Shown here piece after piece: positions 1 to 8,746 of a stretch of DNA of 64,000 nucleotides (position 1 is its first letter; each line of letters starts with the position of its first letter). Origin of the DNA: an uncultured archaeon (GTDB lineage Archaea > Iainarchaeota > Iainarchaeia > Iainarchaeales > VGJJ01). The notes beneath the pieces were generated by a model. That model did not search any database and was not told the origin of the DNA. It worked only from the letters and a program-made list of their open reading frames with translations. Position numbers and translations under genes: made by a program. The DNA is taken from assembly GCA_964480125.1 (NCBI GenBank), contig CAYZNV010000002.1, positions 4,984 through 68,983 on the forward strand. Direction: 5' to 3'.

Positions 1-2
1 GA

Positions 3-434
3 TTGTCCGAAGTGATTATGATTTTGGGTTTCGCCGCACTGGTGAAATGGAACCTGGATCTTGCCTCAATGGCTGGAATTCTCGCCGCCGTTGGAACGGG
101 AGTAGATTCCGAAGTGATTATGACGGATGAATTGATGCGCGGCGAAGAAGAACAAGAGGAGAAGGGATGGATTTCTCGCGCCAAGCGTGCATTCTTCATC
201 GTCACGGCTTCCGCCGCAACGAATATCGTTTCCGTTCTTCCCCTGCTATTCTTCGGATCGGGATTAGGAAAGCTTTCAGGTTTTGCATTAACGACGATCG
301 CGGGAGTATTGCTTGGAATTTTGATTTCCCGACCTGCATTCCAGGAAATCATCAAGACCATCCTCGTCAATAAGACCGCTCACAAGCACGCGCACGGAGA
401 AGGAGGTCACTCGACTTCCGCTCCTGCGCAGTAG
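3..434 (+). CDS. SecD/SecF-family protein-export membrane protein, C-terminal fragment (5' end outside window)
   Basis: ORF is open at the window start. Polytopic C-terminus with an 'AILAAVGTGVDSEVI' motif resembling the SecD/SecF/RND transmembrane signature. A T-rich tract follows the stop. Confidence 0.4.
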   Translation: MSEVIMILGFAALVKWNLDLASMAGILAAVGTGVDSEVIMTDELMRGEEEQEEKGWISRAKRAFFIVTASAATNIVSVLPLLFFGSGLGKLSGFALTTIAGVLLGILISRPAFQEIIKTILVNKTAHKHAHGEGGHSTSAPAQ

Positions 435-469
435 TTTCTTTTTATTTTTAATAACGCATTTCCCAAACG

Positions 470-1012
470 TTATCGCAACAATTCTTGTGCTAATTCTTTT
501 CCATTTTCAAATCCATAGCGTTGCATGAGGAAGTAACGCCATCCCAAGATGATAATCCCACTCAACACGAACCAGCTAATGGTGTGCGCGAGCTCAACAG
601 CGGCAAGGGGATAGGTCTTTCCCCAATGCACAATGAGCATGACGCGGAAAAAGTTGATGAGTAGAATGGCGATACTTCCCCATACTGCGAGCGCGATCTT
701 TTCTTTCTTCTCTGGGAGCTTAAATCCCCATAACAGTCCTAGCCAAATAGCAATGCTCGTGATGCCCGTGCATAAAGGAGTGATCTCAAATGCGGTGGGT
801 CGCAGCAAGAGCAAACTTCCTTCCACAGGAAGTGAGAACATCCTTCCCAGGACTTGTGCCATGGCGTTCTGTAAAAAATGCAGGGGAGTGAATACTGCTA
901 GTACTTGGAATGCAAAAAATACCAGCAGGAAGCAGATAACGAATGTGCGCACGCGCGGATTGGAATAGAAGGAATGGGATTGCTGTTTCTTTTTAGTGGA
1001 AGGAATGGGCAT
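470..1012 (-). CDS. exosortase/archaeosortase-family-like polytopic membrane protein (putative)
   Basis: 180 aa with about six TM helices. An 'EITPLCTG' motif resembles the exosortase/archaeosortase active-site Cys motif, and there is a conserved Arg in 'NFFRV'. Assigned from memory only. Confidence 0.3.
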   Translation of the reverse strand: MPIPSTKKKQQSHSFYSNPRVRTFVICFLLVFFAFQVLAVFTPLHFLQNAMAQVLGRMFSLPVEGSLLLLRPTAFEITPLCTGITSIAIWLGLLWGFKLPEKKEKIALAVWGSIAILLINFFRVMLIVHWGKTYPLAAVELAHTISWFVLSGIIILGWRYFLMQRYGFENGKELAQELLR

Positions 1013-1018
1013 TCCTCA

Positions 1019-1621
1019 TCACCATGGGACATTCTTGAGCTTGAGCAAGAATGCAATGCGATTGGCCAAGGAATGGATGAGTGGCGTGATGAGAATCAGC
1101 ACGAGCACTTGCACCACGTCGGGTTGGAAGTAGACTAATCCCAATACTAATCCCCCGATGACGAAATCGAGCTGGTCCAATAATGGGGCTTGTTTTCCTC
1201 GTTCGATGTTCATTCGGCGTTTGATGAAGCTTCCCACCATATCCCCTGCAATTGCACCAAGCGCCAGGAGGAAAGCGTAGGAAGGATACTCGCTCGAGAG
1301 CAATGCGGCTTCAGCGGAAAAGAAGTTCCAAATGAGCAGTCCCGCGAATGTTCCTAGCAAGACACCCATCAGCGTGCCCTTCCAGGTCTTTCCCTTTCCA
1401 AGGAGGGGTTTTCCATCCCAGAAGTGCTTGCCTCCATCAATGGGGGTTTTTCCCCCGAATATCATCGCAGAGGCATTCGCCACATACATGGGGGCGGCCG
1501 TTAATGCGATGTAGAGCATGAGGGTAAGCATCATAGGAGAAGCGCTGAATCGGGTTAAAATACATTCCTCGGAGCAATACGTGATATATGCCTCAAAAAG
1601 CCCCTTCTCAAAACCACCCAC
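1019..1621 (-). CDS. carS: CDP-archaeol synthase (CarS/DUF46 family)
   Basis: 200-aa membrane protein. Motif 'DGGKHFWDGKPLLGKGKTWKG' matches the CarS signature DGG(K/R)xFxDGKxxxGxGKTWxG. Confidence 0.55.
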   Translation of the reverse strand: MGGFEKGLFEAYITYCSEECILTRFSASPMMLTLMLYIALTAAPMYVANASAMIFGGKTPIDGGKHFWDGKPLLGKGKTWKGTLMGVLLGTFAGLLIWNFFSAEAALLSSEYPSYAFLLALGAIAGDMVGSFIKRRMNIERGKQAPLLDQLDFVIGGLVLGLVYFQPDVVQVLVLILITPLIHSLANRIAFLLKLKNVPW

Positions 1622-1680
1622 CAGGGGTGGATCCGCATATTACGCCTTGGGAGGACAATTCGGGGTTGCCGCACAAACGC

Positions 1681-2637
1681 ATGCACGCGGGAAACCCCTC
1701 TCCTAAAAATCGCTCATTGCAGGATTGGCTCGTGCTGGCAGCAGGAGTGATGCTGGGGCTGTATGTGCTGAGCTTTTTGCTTTTTGGAGCAGAAGAAGGC
1801 ACTAGTAACTCGAGTGGTTTTTCTTTCAGCGGAGGAGGAGTGGTTTCTATTATTCCCATCCAAGGAGAGATTTCCAATTATGCAAGCGATGAGAGTGTGC
1901 ACTACTTGGATGTGATTGCGTCCCTGGAAGAAGCCAATGCTGATCCCACTACAAAAGCTATTCTTTTGGACATTGATTCCCCGGGCGGTAGTGTGGTTTC
2001 CACCAAACAAATCGTTGATTACATCCAAACCAAAGTCGACAAACCCATTGTTTCATGGATCGGGGAAGTAGGGGCGAGCGGCGCATATTATGTCGCTGCG
2101 TCCACGGATTACATCATGGCCGACAATGATTCCATCACGGGAAGCATTGGCGTGCGCTCGGAAGTGACGAACGTGAGCGGGTTGCTCGAGAAACTCGGCA
2201 TCAAAATTGAAGACATCAACGCGGGAAAATTCAAAACCATTGGGTCTCCATACAAAGAACTCACGGCTGAAGAGCGTGCGATGCTCCAGGCGATTGTGGA
2301 TCAAACCTTTGGGCATTTCAAAGATGATGTGATTGCATTTCGCCAAGACAAGGGAATGGATATCGATTCATTCAACACCTACGCGGATGGACGCATCATC
2401 ACGGGGCAGCAGGCCTTTGATGCCAAGATGATTGATGCCGTGGGAAGTCGAAGAGAAGCTATTTTGAAAGCAGGCGAGTTAGGAGGAATTGAAGGCGAGC
2501 CTGAAACCCAAACCATTGCGCAAGAGCATTTTTCCTTGCGCAGTTTGTTCTTTTCCGCTGGAAAGGATTTAGGGCAAGGGTTTGTGAGTGGAGTGCAATC
2601 CCCACAATCAAAATCAGGAACAATTGAGATAAAATAA
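1681..2637 (+). CDS. sppA: signal peptide peptidase SppA (S49 family)
   Basis: 'LLDIDSPGGSVV', 'GASGAYYVAASTDYIMA' and 'ITGSIGV' are S49/ClpP-fold motifs. There is an N-terminal signal anchor. The ORF track starts at 1588 and overlaps carS; the internal Met at 1681 is the likelier start. Confidence 0.75.
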   Translation: MHAGNPSPKNRSLQDWLVLAAGVMLGLYVLSFLLFGAEEGTSNSSGFSFSGGGVVSIIPIQGEISNYASDESVHYLDVIASLEEANADPTTKAILLDIDSPGGSVVSTKQIVDYIQTKVDKPIVSWIGEVGASGAYYVAASTDYIMADNDSITGSIGVRSEVTNVSGLLEKLGIKIEDINAGKFKTIGSPYKELTAEERAMLQAIVDQTFGHFKDDVIAFRQDKGMDIDSFNTYADGRIITGQQAFDAKMIDAVGSRREAILKAGELGGIEGEPETQTIAQEHFSLRSLFFSAGKDLGQGFVSGVQSPQSKSGTIEIK

Positions 2638-3597
2638 TTAATTCGCACGGGCAGACTTGAGCGTTGTAATCGGCCTGCTCTGCGTAATGTAAAATTTTCC
2701 TTTTTCGAATGCCCATTCCACGTCCACGGGAAAACCATCATGGTCTTCAATGCGCAGAATCAATTTCCCTAATTCCATAATCTGTTTTTCGGAGATCTTT
2801 TGCTTGGTTCCTTCCGAGGCGGGAATGTCCTTCCATTCATTCCCTCCTCCTTTTTGGCGGAAAATCCCTTTTCTTTGCATGGAAACATTTTTCTCAATGA
2901 TGACAAGCGGCTTTTTTTCCAACACATACGAGTCTGGAGTGATTTGCCCTGAAACGATGGCTTCTCCCAATCCAAATCCTGCTTCGATAATCATTTGATT
3001 GTAGTCTTGCGTGACTGGGTGTACGGAAAAGGCGACCCCAGATATTTCCGACTGAACCATTTTCTGCACCACGACGGCAACAGAAATATGGGTTTTATGT
3101 AAGCCCTTCTCGAAGCGATAAAAGATAGCCCGCGGCGTGAAAAGCGAAGCCCAGCATTTTTGCACATTTTGCAAGAGCGTTTTCTCCGTAGTGTTGAGGA
3201 AAGTGTCGAGTTGTCCTGCCCATGCAGCTGCCGATGAGTCTTCTGCCGTCGCCGATGAACGAACCGCCACAAATTCCGCTTTCAATTCCTTGAAATATTT
3301 TTTGATTTCATTCGCAATGTCTTTGGGCATCTTTGCGGAAAGAATGAGTGCCTGAATCTCTTCGGAAGCACGTTCGACGGATTCCATTTCTTCTTTTTTT
3401 ACGCGATGCAAGATAGAATCGATTTCAGCTTTGAGTTTGGTTTCTTCGATGAAACGATCAAACGTGGAGGCCAGCACCACATACCCTGGAGGCACGGGAA
3501 TGCCTGCTTGCGTCATTTCCCCTAAAGAAGCGCCTTTTCCTCCAGCAATAGAGGCATCGTGCTTGGAAATCGAGCCAAAAGATCGAATAAAGCCCAT
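2638..3597 (-). CDS. standalone PEP-synthase/PPDK N-terminal ATP-grasp (nucleotide-binding) domain protein
   Basis: 'IAGGKGASLGEM..GIPVPPGYVV', 'VAVRSSATAEDSSAAAWAGQLDTFLN' and 'GVAFSVHPVT' match the PPDK_N domain. The gene is only 319 aa, with no swivel or TIM-barrel domain. Confidence 0.7.
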   Translation of the reverse strand: MGFIRSFGSISKHDASIAGGKGASLGEMTQAGIPVPPGYVVLASTFDRFIEETKLKAEIDSILHRVKKEEMESVERASEEIQALILSAKMPKDIANEIKKYFKELKAEFVAVRSSATAEDSSAAAWAGQLDTFLNTTEKTLLQNVQKCWASLFTPRAIFYRFEKGLHKTHISVAVVVQKMVQSEISGVAFSVHPVTQDYNQMIIEAGFGLGEAIVSGQITPDSYVLEKKPLVIIEKNVSMQRKGIFRQKGGGNEWKDIPASEGTKQKISEKQIMELGKLILRIEDHDGFPVDVEWAFEKGKFYITQSRPITTLKSARAN

Positions 3598-3634
3598 ATA
3601 TTCACTATTATCGCAGCAAAATAAGAATGAATAA

Positions 3635-3651
3635 GTTGTTTATGAAACAAC
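3635..3651. promoter_or_regulatory. 17-bp inverted repeat GTTGTTTATGAAACAAC in the divergent promoter region, candidate operator
   Basis: Perfect 7-bp arms with a 3-bp spacer. It lies between the divergent start codons (3597 minus, 3690 plus) and just upstream of the TATA-like 'cttttaag'. Confidence 0.3.
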
Positions 3652-3689
3652 TATATTGTCTTTTAAGCTATTTGTGTGAACCAGTTGGT

Positions 3690-5462
3690 ATGGATCTCTC
3701 AAAACTGTTCAATTCATCCCGCAGAGCAGCAGTCTTAGAGTCATTGCTCGCGGAGCCTCAAGGCCTTACCGCTTCCGAGTTGGCACGTGGAAAAAGTATT
3801 GATTTGGCTGGAATCACGCGCGAATTAAAAGAATTACAACGCATGCACATCGTTGAAAGTCACACAGTAGAAGGCAAGACTATCTATCAATTCAACAAGC
3901 ACCCAAGCATAGCCGCATTGCAACAATTCATTGGCCAAGCAAGCGTGCAGGATGTATTTACGGAGTTAGAACGCCTACCCAATGGATATTTTCCGTATCA
4001 ATACGAAGCAGCCGACTATGCGCGCATCACGCCAATTGTGAAAGAGTATGTGGGCGTGAATGATTTTACGGCATTTTTCCAATTCAATGAGCAGCGAACC
4101 TATTTGCACGCAGTGAAGAAAAATGAACGCCGTGCGTATGGGAAACGCGCCTATGATAAGCTTTGGGAAAATCCTTCGCGATTGGACCGCGTATCCGATG
4201 AGGTTGAAAAGTTGATTGCAATAGTAGAAAAAAACGCCTCTTCCATCAAAGCAATGAACATCAATGCGCTTCCGACAAAGCAATTGTTATCACTCTTCAC
4301 CAAATATAACAAAGATGCAACCTATTTGTTCCGTTGGGGCTGGGTCCAGAATGCGGATATAGTGGGAGAAGGATGGACCACTCCACTCGTGGCATTTATC
4401 GAATCAAAAATGAAAGGAAAGTCATTTGATAAGAAACCCATTGAAGTGTTTACAACGCTCGTGACCCCTACACAATTATCAAAGTCCCAATTGGACCAAG
4501 CCGAATTGCTTCAGCTCTTGCATGAAATCACTAAAAATAAAGAATTAAAGAAAAAGTTTGAGTTGGATGATGATCACGTAGAGTTTGCACTGCGAAATGA
4601 CCCCATTCTCTCTAAAATCATGCACCACACCAATACGTTTGGGCACTTGACATATGGAACGGGAGGCCCGGGCAATTCTCATCGCGAATATCTAGCGATT
4701 TTATCAGGCTTGGTCAAAAAAAAAGTGGATGCGAGTAAATTAATCCAACAAGAAGATGCCAAAGTGGCCACGCTCAAGAAAGAAATCGCACGCATTGAAT
4801 CGACATTAGCTTTTGATCCAAAGGAATTGGCTTTCTTCAAAGCATTCCGACGCAATACCTTTCTGCGCGCCCTGCGTAAAGACACACTATTCCTTTGGTT
4901 CTCTGCGGCAGATAAACTATTGACCGAATTAGGCAAGCGCTTTGATCGAAGCCTGGATCAAATGCGTTTTGTCGTGCAAGAGGAGTTCATGCAAGGCATT
5001 CCGGATGTACATACACTCCAAGAACGCATGCAAGCCATGGTGTATTACACCACGGAGACGCAAACCATCATTCTGCAAGGAAAAGAAGCCCAAGCATTCA
5101 TGCGTGAATTGCCATTTGAGAAGGACACCGCCGAAAAAGTACAGGAGTTGTATGGGAATTGTGCCTGTCCTGGAATCGCAAAAGGAACAGTCAAAATCAT
5201 CAATACCACGGATGACATCAAGAAGATGAATCAAGGAGATATTCTCGTTTCCTATGCGACCATGCCGGACTTAATGCCAGCAATCCGCAAAGCCGCGGCA
5301 ATCGTGACGGATCAAGGCGGGATTACATGCCATGCGGCTATTGTTTCACGCGAATTAGGCATTCCGTGTATCATTGGCACGAACAAAGCGACTAAAGTGC
5401 TCAAAGACGGCGATTTAGTTGAGGTGAATGCATCTCATGGACGCGTAAAGTTAATGCAATAA
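3690..5462 (+). CDS. wHTH-domain protein with central domain of unknown function and C-terminal PEP-utilizing phospho-His swivel domain
   Basis: C-terminal 'GGITCHAAIVSRELGIPCIIGT' is the PEP-utilizers mobile-domain signature with the His retained. The N-terminus 'LTASELARGKSIDLAGITRELKELQRMHIV' is wHTH-like. The ORF track starts at 3627; Met22 at 3690 fits the promoter spacing better. Confidence 0.6.
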   Translation: MDLSKLFNSSRRAAVLESLLAEPQGLTASELARGKSIDLAGITRELKELQRMHIVESHTVEGKTIYQFNKHPSIAALQQFIGQASVQDVFTELERLPNGYFPYQYEAADYARITPIVKEYVGVNDFTAFFQFNEQRTYLHAVKKNERRAYGKRAYDKLWENPSRLDRVSDEVEKLIAIVEKNASSIKAMNINALPTKQLLSLFTKYNKDATYLFRWGWVQNADIVGEGWTTPLVAFIESKMKGKSFDKKPIEVFTTLVTPTQLSKSQLDQAELLQLLHEITKNKELKKKFELDDDHVEFALRNDPILSKIMHHTNTFGHLTYGTGGPGNSHREYLAILSGLVKKKVDASKLIQQEDAKVATLKKEIARIESTLAFDPKELAFFKAFRRNTFLRALRKDTLFLWFSAADKLLTELGKRFDRSLDQMRFVVQEEFMQGIPDVHTLQERMQAMVYYTTETQTIILQGKEAQAFMRELPFEKDTAEKVQELYGNCACPGIAKGTVKIINTTDDIKKMNQGDILVSYATMPDLMPAIRKAAAIVTDQGGITCHAAIVSRELGIPCIIGTNKATKVLKDGDLVEVNASHGRVKLMQ

Positions 5463-5516
5463 TCCCACTTGTAAGAACAGGCTTACTTTTTATACTTTTT
5501 GGATTGTAGATAGTAT

Positions 5517-5756
5517 ATGAGTGAAGTCGCCATTGTTACTGTCTCCGAGAAAGGTCAAATCGTTTTGCCCAAGAAAATAAGAGATATGTTGAAAATTGGA
5601 GAAGGAACAAAACTTTTTGTGGAAGAAAAGAGAGGACAAATCACGCTGCACAAGATTGAAAACATTGCAGCAGATGCGCCATATTTGCTCTCGCACGAGG
5701 CCCTGGCTGATGATTGGCTTTCCAAGGAAGATGAAGAGGCATGGAAAGATTTGTGA
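5517..5756 (+). CDS. AbrB/MazE/SpoVT-family antitoxin
   Basis: 'VTVSEKGQIVLPKKIRDML' is a swapped-hairpin AbrB-type motif. 79 aa. A TATA-like 'ttttatac' lies about 25 bp upstream. The 3' end overlaps the next gene. Confidence 0.65.
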   Translation: MSEVAIVTVSEKGQIVLPKKIRDMLKIGEGTKLFVEEKRGQITLHKIENIAADAPYLLSHEALADDWLSKEDEEAWKDL

Positions 5757-6067
5757 AAGGAGACGTGGTTGTTCTCCCTTATCCCTTTACGGATTCGTCT
5801 CAAACAAAACGCCGACCTGCACTCATTATCTCGAATCAAGTCAATGAAGATATTATTGCATGTCAAATCACATCCCGAAGTGGGAACAATGCCATTGCAT
5901 TAGGAAAAGAGCATTTTGAGAAAGGAAATTTATCAGCAGAGAGTTACATCAAGCCATTCCATATATTTACCATCAAGACACGCAGAATCTATTACAAAGT
6001 AGGCCAACTCAAGAAACCAAAATGGATAGAAGTATCGAAGGCACTACAAGAATTATTTTCCCCATAA
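5741..6067 (+). CDS. mazF: MazF/PemK-family toxin (endoribonuclease)
   Basis: 'GDVVVLPYPFTDSSQTKRRPALIIS' is the PemK/MazF N-terminal signature. 108 aa. It overlaps the upstream antitoxin gene by 16 nt. Confidence 0.7.
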   Translation: MERFVKGDVVVLPYPFTDSSQTKRRPALIISNQVNEDIIACQITSRSGNNAIALGKEHFEKGNLSAESYIKPFHIFTIKTRRIYYKVGQLKKPKWIEVSKALQELFSP

Positions 6068-6073
6068 ATCGAA

Positions 6074-6751
6074 TCAAAACAACAGCGCAAAAATAATCCC
6101 AACAATCAATGCAGCCACGAAGTTGGTAGAGTTATTATCTGTAAAGCCGTCTTTTTGGAGCGTGGCACCGATGTAGCTATCCACGGCACTTCCCACGACT
6201 CCCGCGAGCAGCATGATGGGGATCCATATCCAGTTTTGTGAAACGACAAACGAAATCAGTCCGAATAACAATCCCCCAGCAGCGGCTGCGATGAATCCCA
6301 GCAGCGAAACGGCTCCATCTTCTCCGGCCGTAGCGGGTTTCAGATTTGTAATGAGTAAGGGTCTTTCTTTGGACAAAACGCCAATCTCGCTTGAAAGCGT
6401 ATCTCCAAATGCCGCAGCAAGCGATCCAAAGAATGCCACGTTGAATGCAACCGGATTGAATGCGAGCGCAATGAGTGCAGGCCCAATGTTGCCTACAATG
6501 TTCACCGTGGAACGTCGTTCATGTGTTTTGCGATGATGCCACTTGCGCGTGTAGCGAGTGATGGCTTCCCCGACTAAGAAAAAGACAATAATGGCAAAGA
6601 AACTTCCTAACCCACCCTTCTCGGCAACGAAAATGCTCACGATGAATCCGATGAGGATTCCCATCATGTCCAGGAGGTTCTTTCGAATGGAAAGAAGGGC
6701 AATGAGTAGTAGCACAGCTGCTACTACTCCCCATTCCCAGATTTGCAGCAT
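6074..6751 (-). CDS. integral membrane protein (possibly DUF92/TMEM19-like)
   Basis: 225 aa with 6-7 predicted TM helices and Gly/Ala-rich helices. The family assignment is tentative. Confidence 0.3.
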   Translation of the reverse strand: MLQIWEWGVVAAVLLLIALLSIRKNLLDMMGILIGFIVSIFVAEKGGLGSFFAIIVFFLVGEAITRYTRKWHHRKTHERRSTVNIVGNIGPALIALAFNPVAFNVAFFGSLAAAFGDTLSSEIGVLSKERPLLITNLKPATAGEDGAVSLLGFIAAAAGGLLFGLISFVVSQNWIWIPIMLLAGVVGSAVDSYIGATLQKDGFTDNNSTNFVAALIVGIIFALLF

Positions 6752-6773
6752 AGTTCGTTCCTTCCGAAGAAGA

Positions 6774-7403
6774 TTACGATCGCAGCTTGATGGCCTTTAC
6801 CACGTCCACGCGCTTGAGTGGGACGATTTTCTTGGCGACGGCCATGAGTTCATTTCCTCGTTCGCTGATGACGAGGTCGTGAATCAAGTCTTCGTAGGCG
6901 AAGTCTTTGGCGATGCGCGCGACTTCTCCTTTGATGGCAGCACGAATGCCAGCTTCTTGGGCGCGCGTGACTTTGTAGGCGCACATGGCGATGCTTTTGA
7001 TGCGCACGCGCGTGCCGTCTTTACAAACGACATTATCGATGCTTTCCACTTTACTCGAGCGGCGGCGGACCAAGCGCTTGGTTGCAGATGGCTGGATTTG
7101 CAGCGAGTGCAATTTCGTGTTGGCATTCAATCCTTGCACATCATTGACTTGGAAGCGCACCATCAATTGGTTTTTCTTGATGTTTCCGGTCAAGTCGCGT
7201 GCGTTCATGGCGACAACGCGCCCCATCACGGCTTCTTCGTCGATTCCGGGCGTTTGAGCTAATTCGATGTGATTGAAGTGCTTGGATGCGATGACTTTGT
7301 ACCACTTCTTGCTCTTCCATTTGTCGGGACCCTTTCGCTTGCTTTTGACAGCAGTCGTTGCAGCCCCTTTCATGTCTTTTGAATCAATTTCGATGTTTGC
7401 CAT
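6774..7403 (-). CDS. rps3ae: ribosomal protein S3Ae (eS1)
   Basis: 'KGPDKWKSKKWYKVIASKHF' is the archaeal S3Ae N-terminus. 209 aa. Confidence 0.85.
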   Translation of the reverse strand: MANIEIDSKDMKGAATTAVKSKRKGPDKWKSKKWYKVIASKHFNHIELAQTPGIDEEAVMGRVVAMNARDLTGNIKKNQLMVRFQVNDVQGLNANTKLHSLQIQPSATKRLVRRRSSKVESIDNVVCKDGTRVRIKSIAMCAYKVTRAQEAGIRAAIKGEVARIAKDFAYEDLIHDLVISERGNELMAVAKKIVPLKRVDVVKAIKLRS

Positions 7404-7418
7404 AGTGTTTTCCCCCTA

Positions 7419-7826
7419 TCACTTCACCAACAGCGCCGCGGTCTCGGGCGTGTAGCGCCAATCGGCTGGCAGCTGGCCATTTGTCACATAATAGTCCACC
7501 AAGCGGCGGATCTTGGAAACGGTTAATTGGTATCCGCGTTTCGAGGAAAAATCTTTGGAGTTCTGTTGCATGTGTTTCTGCAGCGCAACGCTTCTGCGGA
7601 TTAAATTCAATAGATCGCGTGGAATGTCGGATGCGAGTTTCTTTTCCGTGAGGATTTGGTTCACGCGTTTCTTTGTAATAGCTTTCACATTTGGAACGCC
7701 GTACTGGTCGCGCAAGGCCATTCCGATCTGGGCGGGACCCATTCCTTGATTGGAGAGGTTGACGATTAAGTCTTCTATTTCTTGGGGGTTGTAGTCCACC
7801 CATTGGGTTCTTTTGGCTTCAGCCAT
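7419..7826 (-). CDS. rps15: ribosomal protein S15 (uS15, S13e type)
   Basis: 135 aa. The N-terminal S13e-type domain and C-terminal S15 helix-bundle region 'GYQLTVSKIRRLVDYY' are both present. Confidence 0.85.
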   Translation of the reverse strand: MAEAKRTQWVDYNPQEIEDLIVNLSNQGMGPAQIGMALRDQYGVPNVKAITKKRVNQILTEKKLASDIPRDLLNLIRRSVALQKHMQQNSKDFSSKRGYQLTVSKIRRLVDYYVTNGQLPADWRYTPETAALLVK

Positions 7827-7949
7827 AGTTGTTCAACTCCTATTTTTTAGGATTTCAAAACCGCCTTCTTCGTGGAAAAACGGTACCGGCGCCGTCTGTT
7901 TGGGAGCGGCACTAGCTTGGGATTAGAACCAACCCAAAACCCCTGAAAA

Positions 7950-7965
7950 ACCTTTATAAATAAAG
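7950..7965 (-). promoter_or_regulatory. TATA-like box (TTTATAAATAAA) upstream of rps15; a hairpin terminating bud32 lies adjacent at about 7968-7998
   Basis: AT-rich box in the 185-bp gap. The CCCCCTA...TAGGGGG hairpin directly follows the bud32 stop. Confidence 0.3.
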
Positions 7966-8011
7966 GGCTTGGAGTGAATAAAACCCCCTAAAAAGGCAAT
8001 TCTAGGGGGGG

Positions 8012-8653
8012 TTAAGCATACCGTATTCGCGCTTCGACTTCTTTCAATTGCTTCAAAACGGCTTCTTTTCCGCCATTTCCAAGATATCCTTGCACAATCA
8101 GCTCCCATCCATTTGGAATCGTAGAGTGGGTAGCAGAGAATGTTTTTTTGAGATTGACCAAATCAACGGCCATATCTTCCAGTTTATGCGAAACAGTCGA
8201 CAAACCAAAGTCGATGAAAGTAAGCGTTGGAGAATTTGTTTTTTCTCCTTGCACCAGCACATTGCTCGTCGTTAAGTCTCCATGCACGATGTGATGAGCA
8301 TGCAGTAGCGCAATCTGCTTTCCCAATTGCTCGCAGAGTCTTTCATGTATTCCTTTTTTGTTTTTCTGCAGCAACGCATGTTTCATGCGCGGTGCGTTAA
8401 TGTATTCCATGTAGATAGCCATTTCGTTCTTGTCGAGCGCATACACGAGCGGAGTGTGAATTCCCATCCCTTTCACGGCATGCAACATTTTTGCTTCGTG
8501 CGTCATGCGTTCTTTGCGTAGCTTTTCATCTAACAAAGAATGTCGATACCCTTTTGGAATGCGTGTTTTTTTGATGCAGTCTTTCCCGAATGCCTGAATG
8601 CGTTCGATAGTCGCTTCGGCGCCGCGTGAGATGATGGCTGATTTAGAAGGCAT
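8012..8653 (-). CDS. bud32: Bud32/PRPK kinase (KEOPS subunit)
   Basis: 'HIVHGDLTTSNVLV' is the catalytic loop and the small RIO-like kinase lobes are present. The ORF track extends to 8752 and overlaps the upstream gene stop; the internal Met at 8653 is preferred. Confidence 0.75.
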   Translation of the reverse strand: MPSKSAIISRGAEATIERIQAFGKDCIKKTRIPKGYRHSLLDEKLRKERMTHEAKMLHAVKGMGIHTPLVYALDKNEMAIYMEYINAPRMKHALLQKNKKGIHERLCEQLGKQIALLHAHHIVHGDLTTSNVLVQGEKTNSPTLTFIDFGLSTVSHKLEDMAVDLVNLKKTFSATHSTIPNGWELIVQGYLGNGGKEAVLKQLKEVEARIRYA

Positions 8654-8691
8654 ATCAAAATAATCCATCCAACAGAATAAATGGATTCGTA

Positions 8692-8746
8692 TCAGGTGCC
8701 AATTGCAATTGACACCTGTTCTCGGCCCAACCGCTCGAAAGCGGTT
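8692..8746. repeat. double-hairpin repeat element, copy A (tcaggtg..cacctgttctcgg..ccgctcgaaagcgg)
   Basis: Shares the conserved flanks TCAGGT/ACCTGTTCTCGG and a tcgaaa-loop second hairpin with the copies at 20744, 20802 and 29804. The stems differ but remain palindromic. It overlaps the stop of the minus-strand lipoprotein gene. Confidence 0.5.

Noticed and set aside
6558-7262. 234-aa plus-strand ORF antisense to rps3ae
   Set aside because: It overlaps a conserved ribosomal protein gene and has Ala/Ser/Arg-rich shadow-frame composition.
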